Positions 27,410 through 37,140 of a DNA stretch of 64,000 nucleotides are shown in pieces. Position 1 is the stretch's first letter. The number at the start of each line of letters is the position of its first letter. The position numbers and the translations under genes were made by a program. The notes beneath the pieces were generated by a model. The model was not told the origin of the DNA, searched no databases, and was given only the letters and a program-made list of their open reading frames with translations. Source of the DNA: a virus; the IMG/VR virus record IMGVR_UViG_3300005066_000001; one strand, given 5' to 3'.

Positions 27410-28315
27410 ATGAAATTTAATGTCGAAGATTTGGTAGAACAAGGTCTTGTAAAGAAAAAGACCTATACTTCAGGAGAGTTTGCAGGACTTTCTATTCTTA
27501 AATATTCTAAGAAAGTCTTTTATAACAATCTATGGAATAGAGACAAACGACTGTTGGATTGTCGTGGTATGGTAGTTGATTCTGAAGATAACATTATTGT
27601 TTGGCCTTTTACAAAAGTTTTTAATCTTTATGAAAATAATACAAAAGTCTCACGAGATAAGATTGTAATTGCACCACGTAAAATTAATGGTTTTATGTGT
27701 GCTGTTTCTGTTTATAAAGGAGAGCCAATTTATTCAACAACTGGCTCATTGGATTCTAAATTTGCTAAAATGGCAAAAGAAGTTATTGAAAACCAAATGT
27801 TTAAAGATGAGCAATTTGAAGAAGGAAGGACGTATTTGTTTGAGATCTGTCATCCAGATGATCCGCACATTATAGAAGAAGAGTTCGGGGCGTATCTAAT
27901 CGGAGTAAGAAAACACAGCTCTGGTAAAATGATGTCAGAGTACACACTAAATGTTATTGCAGATGCTGATGGGTTTTATCGCCCAAGATTGACAGTAGGA
28001 AAATTCTCAGATATTTTAGAAGAATCTAAATCTTGCAAACATGAAGGTTTTATGATTATTGATCATGAAACTGGTAAAACACTGTGTAAATTGAAATCAA
28101 ATCATTACCTATCTAAGAAGGCAATTATGCGACTTGGACAAGCTAAAGTTGATGATATGTTTGATAATCCTGAGAAATTTAAACAACGAATTGATGAAGA
28201 ATTTTACGGGATTACAGATTTTATTGTAAAAACTGTTGACAAAGACCAATGGAAGTCTTATAATGATCAACAACGTAGGGCTTTTATTGAAAAATATTTT
28301 GGAGAACAGGAATGA
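27410..28315 (+). CDS. RNA ligase (Rnl family nucleotidyltransferase)
   Basis: Nucleotidyltransferase motif I KINGFM (the KxNG/KxHG variant seen in T4 Rnl2); 301 aa. Flanked by phosphoesterase and kinase genes. Confidence 0.5.
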   Translation: MKFNVEDLVEQGLVKKKTYTSGEFAGLSILKYSKKVFYNNLWNRDKRLLDCRGMVVDSEDNIIVWPFTKVFNLYENNTKVSRDKIVIAPRKINGFMCAVSVYKGEPIYSTTGSLDSKFAKMAKEVIENQMFKDEQFEEGRTYLFEICHPDDPHIIEEEFGAYLIGVRKHSSGKMMSEYTLNVIADADGFYRPRLTVGKFSDILEESKSCKHEGFMIIDHETGKTLCKLKSNHYLSKKAIMRLGQAKVDDMFDNPEKFKQRIDEEFYGITDFIVKTVDKDQWKSYNDQQRRAFIEKYFGEQE

Positions 28316-28707
28316 AAACGTGTATTCTGGTCAGAGGTGTGAGCGGTGCAGGAAAGTCAACATTTGTCCAAGAATGTTTTGGACGGTTTTGCAATCTTGA
28401 AGCAGATATGTACTTCATGAGAGACGGTAAATATTTGTTTGAACCTTCTAAATTAAAACAGGCTCATGGTTGGTGTCAATCTGAGACAGAAAGACAAATG
28501 AAGTTTGGTTATGATATTGTTGTTTCTAATACATTCACAACAGAGTGGGAAATGAAACCTTACCTTGACCTTGCTGAAAAATACGGATATACTGTTTTCA
28601 CAGTGATCGTCGAGAAAAGGCATGGAAATAAAGATGTTCACAATGTTCCAGAGGAAACACGACAGAAACAAGCTGAACGCCTTTATAAAAGTATCAAACT
28701 TATCTAA
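28312..28707 (+). CDS. polynucleotide 5'-kinase (P-loop)
   Basis: 131 aa with Walker A VRGVSGAGKSTF near the N-terminus. Size matches the Pnk kinase domain; translationally coupled (ATGA) to the RNA ligase gene. Confidence 0.55.
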   Translation: MKTCILVRGVSGAGKSTFVQECFGRFCNLEADMYFMRDGKYLFEPSKLKQAHGWCQSETERQMKFGYDIVVSNTFTTEWEMKPYLDLAEKYGYTVFTVIVEKRHGNKDVHNVPEETRQKQAERLYKSIKLI

Positions 28708-28716
28708 GAGGTAATT

Positions 28717-28947
28717 ATGAAAAGCAAAATCAAATGGTTGACAATGTTGGTATTTATTGGTATCATTATTGTTATCGCTACATTTGTGCCTAGTGTCAGC
28801 GCTACTGAGAGCAAGGCATACTCACGATATAAACTTGTTTCTGAGTCGGTTTCAGGGAAATATAAGACCTGTTTGTACCGCAATGTTAGAGGTGAGACAA
28901 AATCTACTTCGATTAGCAAAGGTAAGCGTTGTCCTAGTATTTATTGA
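28717..28947 (+). CDS. small secreted/membrane protein
   Basis: 76 aa with an N-terminal signal/TM sequence (LTMLVFIGIIIVIATFVPSVSA). Confidence 0.4.
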   Translation: MKSKIKWLTMLVFIGIIIVIATFVPSVSATESKAYSRYKLVSESVSGKYKTCLYRNVRGETKSTSISKGKRCPSIY

Positions 28948-28961
28948 TTTAAGGAGAAATT

Positions 28962-29189
28962 ATGGAAATTATAAATGTTTTGGAACAACTATATTTATTT
29001 GATATCTGGGTGTTTAGTCAGTGGTGGCTCTACGCACCGCTATTTATCCCAGCTATGTTTTATTTTGCATTCTTTGTTATTAAGTGGTCAGTATTGACAT
29101 GGCCTGTCTGGTATCCAATCATTACTATTATTAAAGCAATCAAAACTAAAATAGTTGTACATGTTAAAGAAGATAAGGAGAAAGAATGA
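28962..29189 (+). CDS. small membrane protein (two predicted TM helices)
   Basis: 75 aa, hydrophobic (LYAPLFIPAMFYFAFFVIKWSVLTWPVWYPIITII). Confidence 0.4.
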   Translation: MEIINVLEQLYLFDIWVFSQWWLYAPLFIPAMFYFAFFVIKWSVLTWPVWYPIITIIKAIKTKIVVHVKEDKEKE

Positions 29190-30280
29190 AACAAATTTAT
29201 AACACAATCTATGCACCTAACAAAGATAAATCAATCCAAGAATGGTCTGTATATGTTGATGGTAATATTGTTGCTGTAAAGTATGGAAAGTGGGGTGGAA
29301 AACTACAGACTAAGAAAACTGTATGCGAGTCTAAGAATGTAGGTAGGTCTAATGAAACGACACCAGAACAACAAGCCGTGCTTGAAGCTGAGTCTAAGTA
29401 TCGTGACCAGATTCGTAAAGGTTATGTTGAACGTGTAGAAGATGTTGAATTTAATGCAAATAAAAAATCTGTTATGTTGGCGGCTGACGCAAGCAAAAAG
29501 CCACACTTTGTTAAGTACCCTTGTCACATTCAACCCAAGCTAGACGGGAATAGAATGCTAGTTACTTTTGATGAAGATGGCGAACCTATTTTTAATAGTC
29601 GTGGAGCTAAAGTTTATCCTTCTCACAAACACCTTGCAGAACAACTAAAGTATCTGAGAGATAAGACTGGATTTGATAGTTTTGATGGTGAGTTGTATGT
29701 TCATGGAATGCCTTTGCAGAAAATTGTAAGTCTTGTCAAGAAAGTACAACCAGATAGTGCTAAACTTGAATATAGAATCTATGATATCCCTTCGGATAAA
29801 GTTTGGGAAGAACGAGTAAAAGATTTGACAAAGTTAGCTGGTTATCCTACACTTAGTATTCATACAGTACTTACAGAAGTTTGCTATGATGAACAACAAG
29901 CCAAGGTATCCATTAATAAGTACATGGAACAAGGCTACGAAGGGTTGATTATCAGAAATCTTGTTGGGAAATACGAGTTTGGACAACGAAGTAATGATCT
30001 TCTGAAATGGAAAGTATTCGAGAGTGATGAAGCATTTGTTTATGATGTAGAAATTGATAAAAATGAAGAAGGTGTACTTTTGTGTCGAATGAAGAATGGT
30101 ACAGAATTCCGTTGCAAAATGAAAGGTTCGCATGAAGAACGTCTTTACGAAGAGCAGTTGAAACTTATTGGAAAACATGTTACATTTACCTATCAAACGT
30201 TGACAGTTGATGGTGTACCGCAATTTCCTGTTGGTATTGCTGTTCGTGAACTTGATGAAAACTGGAATCCACAAGATTAA
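29186..30280 (+). CDS. ATP-dependent DNA ligase
   Basis: 364 aa; adenylation motif I QPKLDGNRM (KxDG) and the size of T7-type ligases. Confidence 0.6.
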   Translation: MKQIYNTIYAPNKDKSIQEWSVYVDGNIVAVKYGKWGGKLQTKKTVCESKNVGRSNETTPEQQAVLEAESKYRDQIRKGYVERVEDVEFNANKKSVMLAADASKKPHFVKYPCHIQPKLDGNRMLVTFDEDGEPIFNSRGAKVYPSHKHLAEQLKYLRDKTGFDSFDGELYVHGMPLQKIVSLVKKVQPDSAKLEYRIYDIPSDKVWEERVKDLTKLAGYPTLSIHTVLTEVCYDEQQAKVSINKYMEQGYEGLIIRNLVGKYEFGQRSNDLLKWKVFESDEAFVYDVEIDKNEEGVLLCRMKNGTEFRCKMKGSHEERLYEEQLKLIGKHVTFTYQTLTVDGVPQFPVGIAVRELDENWNPQD

Positions 30281-30291
30281 AAGGAGAACAA

Positions 30292-31071
30292 ATGAACTTT
30301 CAAAATAAAACAGAATTTCTGAATAGCCTTGTCAAGAAAGATAATGAAGTTAAGAAAGCACTAATAAAACTCTATCAAGGTGTCCGTGCTACAAATAACT
30401 TCCTTGGACTAGAAAATAGTCCTGAACTTCAAGATACTTATTATAAGCTTCGTATTGAGGAAGTTGGTGAATTGTTTACCGCTATTGAAAATGGGGATAA
30501 AGTAGAGTTCCTTGATGCTATTGTTGATGGGTTGGTGATTGTTGGTTATGAATTCTTCCTACGTGAAGGTGATAATCCAGAGAATCTGATTTGGATCAGT
30601 GATAATCCAGACCCAATTCACTATGAGATCGAATGGGCATACAACGGCTACCTTTCAAAGAATAATTATGATTCAGTATTGGAAGTAATGGAAAGTGTTT
30701 TCTACCAACTTGATATTAACCATCTGAAAGCTGTCAACGAGGTTCTTGAATCGAATTGGTCTAAGTTCCCAACTGTAACAGAGTTTGGGGAGAGCAATTG
30801 GTGGTCAAATGTAAGTGTTAAGTGTAACGAAAAAGTTAAACTTCGTGAATTGATTGAACATCAGATTGTTGAGATCGAAAAACAAGGGCGTTATGTTGAC
30901 GTTTACCATGAACTTCGTTATGATGAGTCTGTTGGGGAAGATCGGATTATCTTCTGGGCTAAAGGTGAGAAACAGAAAAATGGTTCAATCAAAGAATTTA
31001 AAGCACCGAAGTATGTCAAACCCACTGCAACCTTCAGTGAGCCAGACTTTGCAAGTTGTTGGCTAAGTTAA
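30292..31071 (+). CDS. hypothetical protein
   Basis: 259-aa ORF; RBS AAGGAGAACAAATG. Confidence 0.4.
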   Translation: MNFQNKTEFLNSLVKKDNEVKKALIKLYQGVRATNNFLGLENSPELQDTYYKLRIEEVGELFTAIENGDKVEFLDAIVDGLVIVGYEFFLREGDNPENLIWISDNPDPIHYEIEWAYNGYLSKNNYDSVLEVMESVFYQLDINHLKAVNEVLESNWSKFPTVTEFGESNWWSNVSVKCNEKVKLRELIEHQIVEIEKQGRYVDVYHELRYDESVGEDRIIFWAKGEKQKNGSIKEFKAPKYVKPTATFSEPDFASCWLS

Positions 31072-31258
31072 AGGAGAATTAATTTATGGATCTAGGAATA
31101 ATTTATAATCTACTTCAGAAAGCACAGACATTGAAGAAAATGAGTTGATGAATTCTAGAGAATGTGGTAATATTGAGGCAAGCAATAAGGTAAAAGTTAA
31201 GAATAAAATCTTGAACTTCATTAATAGTAAAACCAAAACAATAGAAGGAGAATAAATA

Positions 31259-31528
31259 ATGAAACTTAAGAAAATCAACAAAGATGGTGATTATGTTGTC
31301 AAGATGTCACAAGCTGAAATTAATCTTCTTCATGAAATGTTGGGTTATGTTTCTTTTAAAGGAATTAAACATTACCCTCTGATGGAAAAGACAGTAAAAG
31401 ATATGTTGAATTTTACAGACGATAATGCTTCAATTGTAGATGTATACGAGTGTTTTAAATTTGTAAAAGATGAGACATTTAAAGATCATGGTTCACTTGA
31501 AGTTATTAAAGATCTAAAGACCCAGTAA
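31259..31528 (+). CDS. hypothetical protein
   Basis: 89-aa ORF; RBS GAAGGAGAATAAATAATG. Confidence 0.4.
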   Translation: MKLKKINKDGDYVVKMSQAEINLLHEMLGYVSFKGIKHYPLMEKTVKDMLNFTDDNASIVDVYECFKFVKDETFKDHGSLEVIKDLKTQ

Positions 31529-31574
31529 GTTAAAACAATTAGTATAATTTATCAAATAAACAAAAGGAGAAAAT

Positions 31575-32444
31575 ATGAAGAAAATTATTGGTATTGCTGC
31601 TCTGGTTGCAATGCTTTCCGGTTGTGGTCAAATGGTTGAAGTCCCGCCTGCCCATGTAGGTAAGATCATGACAAAAGATGGTTATCAACCAGAAGAGATT
31701 GGAACCTCTAAGTTCCGTCTTGCACCATGCTGGTCTTATTGTGATAAACTTGTTCTACTCGATACATCAGATCGTTCCACAGTTGAAAGTCTGTCAATCT
31801 TTATTCCAACTGATAAACTTGAACTGGCAGTAGATGTACGAACTACGCTTAGTCTGAATCCAACTAAAACAGCAGCACTATTTGGAACTATCTCTCCTGT
31901 AGAGACTGGAGATAAGACACTGATTCCTTGGGAAAAAGTTTATGCAACATATGCGCAACAAATCGTCCAAGCTGAGGTACGTGAATATCTTTCTAATTAT
32001 TCCATTGGACAGATCGCAAGTAGTATGGAAAAGGTAAACAATGACCTTCGTAATATTTTGAGTAAAGCTATTGCATCACGTACTCCATTTGATGTACGAT
32101 ATGTCGGTGTGACACGAGTTCAGTATCCTAAGATTATTACTGATGCACAGGAGAATGCAGCACAACGCCGTGAACAGATTCAACAAGAAGAAGCACAGCT
32201 TCAAATTTCTAAAGTGAAACTTGAACGTGAACTGCAAGAAGCTCGTCTGCAACGTCAAATTGATTTTGAAAAAGCTCAAGGTGAAGCTGCTGCACAGAAA
32301 GTTCAAAAAGAAGTTGTTGATGATAAAGTGCTTGAACTTCGTCGCCTTGAGAATGAACGTGAATGGATCCAAAAATGGAATGGTCAGCTTCCTACAACTT
32401 CAATGGGTAACGCAATCCCAATGGTTACTTTGAATAATAAATAA
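31575..32444 (+). CDS. lipoprotein with SPFH/band-7-like coiled-coil region
   Basis: Signal peptide with lipobox AMLSGC|GQ. A central region is followed by a Gln/Glu-rich coiled coil (QRREQIQQEEAQLQISKVKLERELQEARLQRQ), reminiscent of prohibitin-like proteins. Confidence 0.4.
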   Translation: MKKIIGIAALVAMLSGCGQMVEVPPAHVGKIMTKDGYQPEEIGTSKFRLAPCWSYCDKLVLLDTSDRSTVESLSIFIPTDKLELAVDVRTTLSLNPTKTAALFGTISPVETGDKTLIPWEKVYATYAQQIVQAEVREYLSNYSIGQIASSMEKVNNDLRNILSKAIASRTPFDVRYVGVTRVQYPKIITDAQENAAQRREQIQQEEAQLQISKVKLERELQEARLQRQIDFEKAQGEAAAQKVQKEVVDDKVLELRRLENEREWIQKWNGQLPTTSMGNAIPMVTLNNK

Positions 32445-32452
32445 GGAAAACA

Positions 32453-32773
32453 TTGATGGTTATTATTCTTAATATTTTGCTTCCAGTTTTGTTGTTGTCT
32501 GTACTCGCCGCAGGGATGTGGCGATATAATAAAACTAAAAACAAATTGACAGTAATTAATACTGGTGTTATTATGGTTGTGGCTATGATGATTTATATGT
32601 TGATTCAGCCATCTTACCTCCCAAAAGGGAAAGCACCAAGAATGCAAGGTGTGACTTTTGAACAAAAAGAAGTTGAATTGAAAGATAGTCTAAGTAAACC
32701 AAAAGAACGTAATATTAATGAAACTATCACAGTTAAAGAAGAAGTTAAAAATATTCTAAAAGAGGAGAAATAA
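32453..32773 (+). CDS. small membrane protein
   Basis: 106 aa with two N-terminal TM helices, then a charged tail. Confidence 0.4.
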   Translation: MMVIILNILLPVLLLSVLAAGMWRYNKTKNKLTVINTGVIMVVAMMIYMLIQPSYLPKGKAPRMQGVTFEQKEVELKDSLSKPKERNINETITVKEEVKNILKEEK

Positions 32774-32776
32774 GTT

Positions 32777-33157
32777 TTGAGTAAGAAGAAGTTAAAGAAA
32801 GCACAAGAACGAATTAAAGTGTTGACCAATGTTCTATACGATATTGGGGATCAAGACGAATGTAGTATGAAACACGTAGGCCATGGAATTGCAATGTTGA
32901 TTAAAGGAAAGGATCCAGCAGTACAAGATAACTATATGGATTGGTGTTATCGAACTTCTGGCTTTAGTAAGCTTCTTAGTTTTTATGACGACTCTAATAA
33001 ACCAGAAGATGAGAATGAGTCTGTCCTAGTCGAATCCGGTTTCCAAGAAGTTATTTGGCGTGAAATTAAGAATTTGTATGATGAATTTGGAGATAAACTG
33101 TTTAATCCGAGTCATGAAACAATCCCATACGTAAAATACTATAAAGAATTTTATTAA
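32777..33157 (+). CDS. hypothetical protein
   Basis: 126 aa; TTG start after AAAGAGGAGAAATAAG. Confidence 0.4.
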   Translation: MSKKKLKKAQERIKVLTNVLYDIGDQDECSMKHVGHGIAMLIKGKDPAVQDNYMDWCYRTSGFSKLLSFYDDSNKPEDENESVLVESGFQEVIWREIKNLYDEFGDKLFNPSHETIPYVKYYKEFY

Positions 33158-33184
33158 TATTAAAATATAAAGGAGAAATAAAAT

Positions 33185-33481
33185 ATGGCTAAAGTTGAAC
33201 TGAAGAATGAACTCCCGCAAGATCAACAAGAGCGTAAGCGTCTGAGCAAAACCATTGAAGAAATGGTTGAAGTAATGCTACAACTGCAAGATCTAAAAGA
33301 AGCACTCAAAGATATTGTTGATTCAGAAAAAGAAATTCACCAATACAAACCAACTATGTTAAAATTCTATGCAAAACTGGAATTCGATAAGCGATACAAG
33401 GCAGAGAAGGAACGCAAGTCTCTTGAGGAAAAAGTTGAGAAAATTAATGAGCTGGATATTCTTATGGGCCGTAGTGAATAA
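33185..33481 (+). CDS. hypothetical coiled-coil protein
   Basis: 98-aa charged ORF; a hairpin terminator follows. Confidence 0.4.
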   Translation: MAKVELKNELPQDQQERKRLSKTIEEMVEVMLQLQDLKEALKDIVDSEKEIHQYKPTMLKFYAKLEFDKRYKAEKERKSLEEKVEKINELDILMGRSE

Positions 33482-33499
33482 ATTTTAAATAATATAAGG

Positions 33500-33526
33500 T
33501 GGTCACGTAGTGTGACCCTATTTGTT
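33500..33526 (+). terminator. putative terminator/attenuator hairpin
   Basis: GGTCAC-GTAGT-GTGACC followed by CTATTTGTT. Confidence 0.35.
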
Positions 33527-34694
33527 AGGAGGAATATTGTTTCCAGAATTCCAAATTAAAAATATCGAAGATTATATCACACAAGATACAAAATTAGTGA
33601 TAGACGCAGATGGTATATGTTATATGCCAGCAAGTATTATTGATGAGATGTATATCGAAGTGCTTCATAAATCTTCTGGTAATGTTAAAGAGTTCAAAAA
33701 CATCACAGAATTTAAAGGCAGAACTAAAGCTGTATCAGACGACTCTTGGTTAGGCTCTTTGAATGTCTCTCGTATTGCAAAAGGGCAACAACCGTTTTTA
33801 TTGGAAGATTTTGAAGTAACACCAAAGATTCGTGAAAAAATGAAGATTGACATTGCAACCAATGCTATCGATAATCATATTTCCATGATCTGTGAAAAAC
33901 TCAAGGTTCCGGTAGAACGGACAATATTGTTGCTTGGGGGCAAGGAAAATTTTAGGTTAGACTTACCTCTCCCAATTCAATACAAATCGGACAGAAATCG
34001 TGATTTGACACCTACCAGATTAAAACAAGTAAGGCAATACTTGATTGATAACTACAATGTTGAGATTACAGAAGGGCTGGAGTCTGACGATAAACTTGAA
34101 ATTTATGGGTTCAAAGGTTATCTTGATTATTTGAAATCTGGTAAGTTTAGTTATATTGTTGGAAGTAACGACAAGGATGCACGAGCTACACCATCATTGT
34201 TGTTTGATTGGTCAAGAGAAGATGGACAATTTAAGCAAGAATTTCCTTGGTTAATTCCAGACAGTTCTAAATCTGTTGGGGTTGGTGAATTTAATAAGGG
34301 GAAAGGTAAGTATCTTGGTTTTATTAACTACTGTTATCAACTCTTGGCAGGGGATACAAGTGACACCTATGCACCACATAAACACCTTCCAAGATTACCG
34401 AAAGAGCAACAGATGGGTGAGACTAAGTTTTTTAAATTGTTAATGTCTTGCGAAGATCCAAAAGAATTGCTACAATGTGTAGTAGATACTTATGTTATGT
34501 GGTTTCCTGAAGGAACACAGTATGTGGACTGGAAAGGAAATGAACAAAACCTGAGTACACTTGAATGGTTAGAGTTGCAGTGGCAGTGTGTTTATATGAA
34601 ACGAACATTAAATGATCCATTGACAATTAAAATGTTATTTGATAAGTTTGGTGTTGATTACAGCAGAACGTTAACGAAGAAGGAGAATAAATAA
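33522..34694 (+). CDS. putative 5'-3' exonuclease / flap endonuclease (RNase H-like)
   Basis: 390 aa; N-terminal KLVIDADGICYM resembles the FEN/T4 RNase H acidic motif (hhIDGxxhxxR). Start uncertain; a TTG at 33536 follows AGGAGGA. Confidence 0.3.
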   Translation: MLGGILFPEFQIKNIEDYITQDTKLVIDADGICYMPASIIDEMYIEVLHKSSGNVKEFKNITEFKGRTKAVSDDSWLGSLNVSRIAKGQQPFLLEDFEVTPKIREKMKIDIATNAIDNHISMICEKLKVPVERTILLLGGKENFRLDLPLPIQYKSDRNRDLTPTRLKQVRQYLIDNYNVEITEGLESDDKLEIYGFKGYLDYLKSGKFSYIVGSNDKDARATPSLLFDWSREDGQFKQEFPWLIPDSSKSVGVGEFNKGKGKYLGFINYCYQLLAGDTSDTYAPHKHLPRLPKEQQMGETKFFKLLMSCEDPKELLQCVVDTYVMWFPEGTQYVDWKGNEQNLSTLEWLELQWQCVYMKRTLNDPLTIKMLFDKFGVDYSRTLTKKENK

Positions 34695-34936
34695 TGGTAG
34701 ATATTGTAAATATTAACGGGTCACACAAATGGAACCAACCTTGCTCTGTAACTATTAAATTACATGATGTTGACCAAGCACACCAATTAGCCTCTGCATT
34801 AGATGATTTGCTATATGCAAGTCAAGGAGGCGGTGATTTTAGTCTGATTGGTGAAATCAACGGTGAAACTACAAGTCCACAATTTGTAGGTCATGATATT
34901 GCTTTTAAAGGTATTGAACTCAAGATTGGAGAATAA
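34694..34936 (+). CDS. hypothetical protein
   Basis: 80-aa ORF coupled to the upstream gene (ATAATGG). Confidence 0.4.
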   Translation: MVDIVNINGSHKWNQPCSVTIKLHDVDQAHQLASALDDLLYASQGGGDFSLIGEINGETTSPQFVGHDIAFKGIELKIGE

Positions 34937-35112
34937 ATAATGGCACATTTCTTTAGCGAAGGTGGATTTACTGTCCTACATCTGTTCGGATATAGACTTC
35001 AAATCGTAGACCGAAAACGCAATCCAATTCTTAATAGTTATGATTTGCCTGTATTTCAACCAAAGGAATTCAGGGTTTGGAAATACGGCATTAGTTTTAG
35101 TAAGGTTTAATA

Positions 35113-35376
35113 ATGACATTTAAAATTCAAGATACAAATGGAAAAGGTCTCCCAGAATACCCATCAGAAGTTGAATTGGCTGATATTACTGTTTATATTC
35201 ATGACAGCATGATGTTTGCAACACACGACTATCCATGCCCTGTTTGTAAAGTTACTTCTGCCGTTTATAACATGAGTAATGGAATCTTTCAACCATGCTG
35301 GGATTGTCAAAAGAAAGGTTATAAAATTGTTAAAGTTACTAAGGTTAAATCTTGGTTTAGTAAATTATTTAAATAA
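35113..35376 (+). CDS. hypothetical zinc-ribbon protein
   Basis: 87 aa with CPVCKV...CWDCQKKGYK. Confidence 0.4.
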   Translation: MTFKIQDTNGKGLPEYPSEVELADITVYIHDSMMFATHDYPCPVCKVTSAVYNMSNGIFQPCWDCQKKGYKIVKVTKVKSWFSKLFK

Positions 35377-35385
35377 GGAGAATAA

Positions 35386-35943
35386 TTGCGACTAATATCC
35401 TGTGATCAATCCACATCTCATTGCGCCGTTATATTCTGGCAAGATGATAAACCTGTTGATAAAAAACTTATCAGAACAGGTTCAACACATTCAAAAACAA
35501 AGTCTAAAAATGTCAACTATTTTCCTATTATTACACAACAGATTGATTTTGTTTGTGATAAGTTGTGCGAATATATTGAAGATTTTCAGCCTGATTATTT
35601 TGTCTTAGAGTCCCCTGCAATGGGGGCATTTGGTGATGCTAAAGCAACACTGCTGATACTGTTCCGTGCAATAAATGAAACATTAGTTGAAAAAACATAC
35701 TTGACAAAAGACCAAATTTCAAGTTATACTCCAACAAGCGTCAAAGCTTTTGCTCGTGAATACCTTCCTGAAGAAGAACGGTTTGTTAACAACAAGAAAA
35801 GAAAGATGGAGAAGAAAGATATGGTACGAGCTTGTGAATTAACAGAAGAAGGTTTTCTTGAAGGTTTGACATTAGCGTCAGGGAAAGCAGATTATGCAGA
35901 TGCTTATTTTATTGGTCTTAAGTTTATCAAGGAAAAACAATGA
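35386..35943 (+). CDS. putative RuvC-like Holliday junction resolvase
   Basis: N-terminal LISCDQSTSHCAVIFW resembles the RuvC/A22 hhGhDxG motif, and the acidic YFVLESP lies further on. Weak. Confidence 0.3.
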   Translation: MRLISCDQSTSHCAVIFWQDDKPVDKKLIRTGSTHSKTKSKNVNYFPIITQQIDFVCDKLCEYIEDFQPDYFVLESPAMGAFGDAKATLLILFRAINETLVEKTYLTKDQISSYTPTSVKAFAREYLPEEERFVNNKKRKMEKKDMVRACELTEEGFLEGLTLASGKADYADAYFIGLKFIKEKQ

Positions 35944-36133
35944 AACTTCAATATGATGTCAGTGGTTCAAACAATTGTATTGATCTTATATTATTAAATC
36001 ATGCAACTTCGAACGCAATACGGTATGCAGACGAAGGAAACTATGATATCATTAACACTAAGATTGTACAGACAACAGCAAGCCATGAATTTGTTATTCT
36101 ATTCCGAATGGAAGTTTTGTTAAAGGAGAAATA

Positions 36134-36571
36134 ATGAAATTGGAAATCGAACTTGTCCCAAAAACTGCGTGGTTTAATAATCTCCGCAGTTTCTTGACAA
36201 AAGAAGAATGGGATATTGTGCGGAAGAAGTGTTACAAAGAAGCAAACCACCGCTGCGAGATTTGCGGGAGTCAAGGAGATAATTGGCCTGTAGAGTGCCA
36301 CGAGATTTGGGAGTACACTAAAGCACGTAAAGTAAAACTTAAAGGGTTGATTGCACTGTGCCCCGATTGCCATGAAGTAAAACATATAGGGTTGGCACAA
36401 ATTCGTGGTAGATTCTACCCTGCATTAAATCACTTCATGAAAGTAAACAACGTATCAAAACAAGAGGCAATTAAATATGTTAACTCTTGTTTTTCTTTGT
36501 GGAATGAGAGAAACAAAGTTGATTGGAAATTAGATGTTTCATATTTAAAAGAGTACATGGAGAAGAATTGA
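36134..36571 (+). CDS. HNH nuclease
   Basis: CEICGSQGDNWPVECHEIWEY...CPDCHEVKHIG matches the C-x2-C...H...C-x2-C-H HNH zinc-finger nuclease signature. Confidence 0.55.
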   Translation: MKLEIELVPKTAWFNNLRSFLTKEEWDIVRKKCYKEANHRCEICGSQGDNWPVECHEIWEYTKARKVKLKGLIALCPDCHEVKHIGLAQIRGRFYPALNHFMKVNNVSKQEAIKYVNSCFSLWNERNKVDWKLDVSYLKEYMEKN

Positions 36572-37140
36572 GAAAACCAAGAAAGAAATCAGTAACAAAA
36601 AGAACAACGAGTAGGCGAAGAGTAATCTATAACTTTGTGTACGATAAAGACAAATGGATTAAAGGTTCAACTCAGATAAAGAAGCATCGTGAGATGCTTA
36701 TTGAAAATGCCTCTGAAAGCTCCTGTATGGCCTCTGGATTGCATTTCAGTAGTGAGGGGCTACAAGGGTACACCTTAGACCATTGTCACTCTACAGGGGT
36801 GATTAGGGGCGTTCTTAGAAGCGATATCAATATTTTTGCGGGACGTATTGAGAAATACTATAATAAGATTTTAGGTAAAACTGGATTATCTCTGATAGAA
36901 GTTCTTGAAGGACTATTAAATTACTTAAAATCATCAGAAGAAGATAGACAAACTGGAAATTATATGTTAGACTTCCGTATTGTTGATGCTGAACTAAAGC
37001 GAATAAGTCGGTGGAAGACAGAAACCATCCTCAATAAACTTAAAAATAAACTTGAACTTTTACCAGTAGAAGAGTATAATCGTCAACAAATAGTAGAAAT
37101 GTATATTAATCAGTTTGTCAAAGAGAAGGAGAATCAATGA
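36523..37140 (+). CDS. recombination endonuclease VII-like resolvase
   Basis: YTLDHCHSTGVIRGVLRSDINIFAGRIE matches the T4 endo VII motif LHLDHDH...VRGLLC. True start probably an internal ATG near 36694, because the tracked frame overlaps the previous gene. Confidence 0.55.
   Translation: MEIRCFIFKRVHGEELRKPRKKSVTKRTTSRRRVIYNFVYDKDKWIKGSTQIKKHREMLIENASESSCMASGLHFSSEGLQGYTLDHCHSTGVIRGVLRSDINIFAGRIEKYYNKILGKTGLSLIEVLEGLLNYLKSSEEDRQTGNYMLDFRIVDAELKRISRWKTETILNKLKNKLELLPVEEYNRQQIVEMYINQFVKEKENQ

Noticed and set aside
29303-30274. Minus-strand ORFs 29303-29533 and 29834-30274 inside the DNA ligase gene
   Set aside because: They are antisense to a gene with clear ligase motifs and have Phe/Ile/Asn-rich frame-artefact composition.
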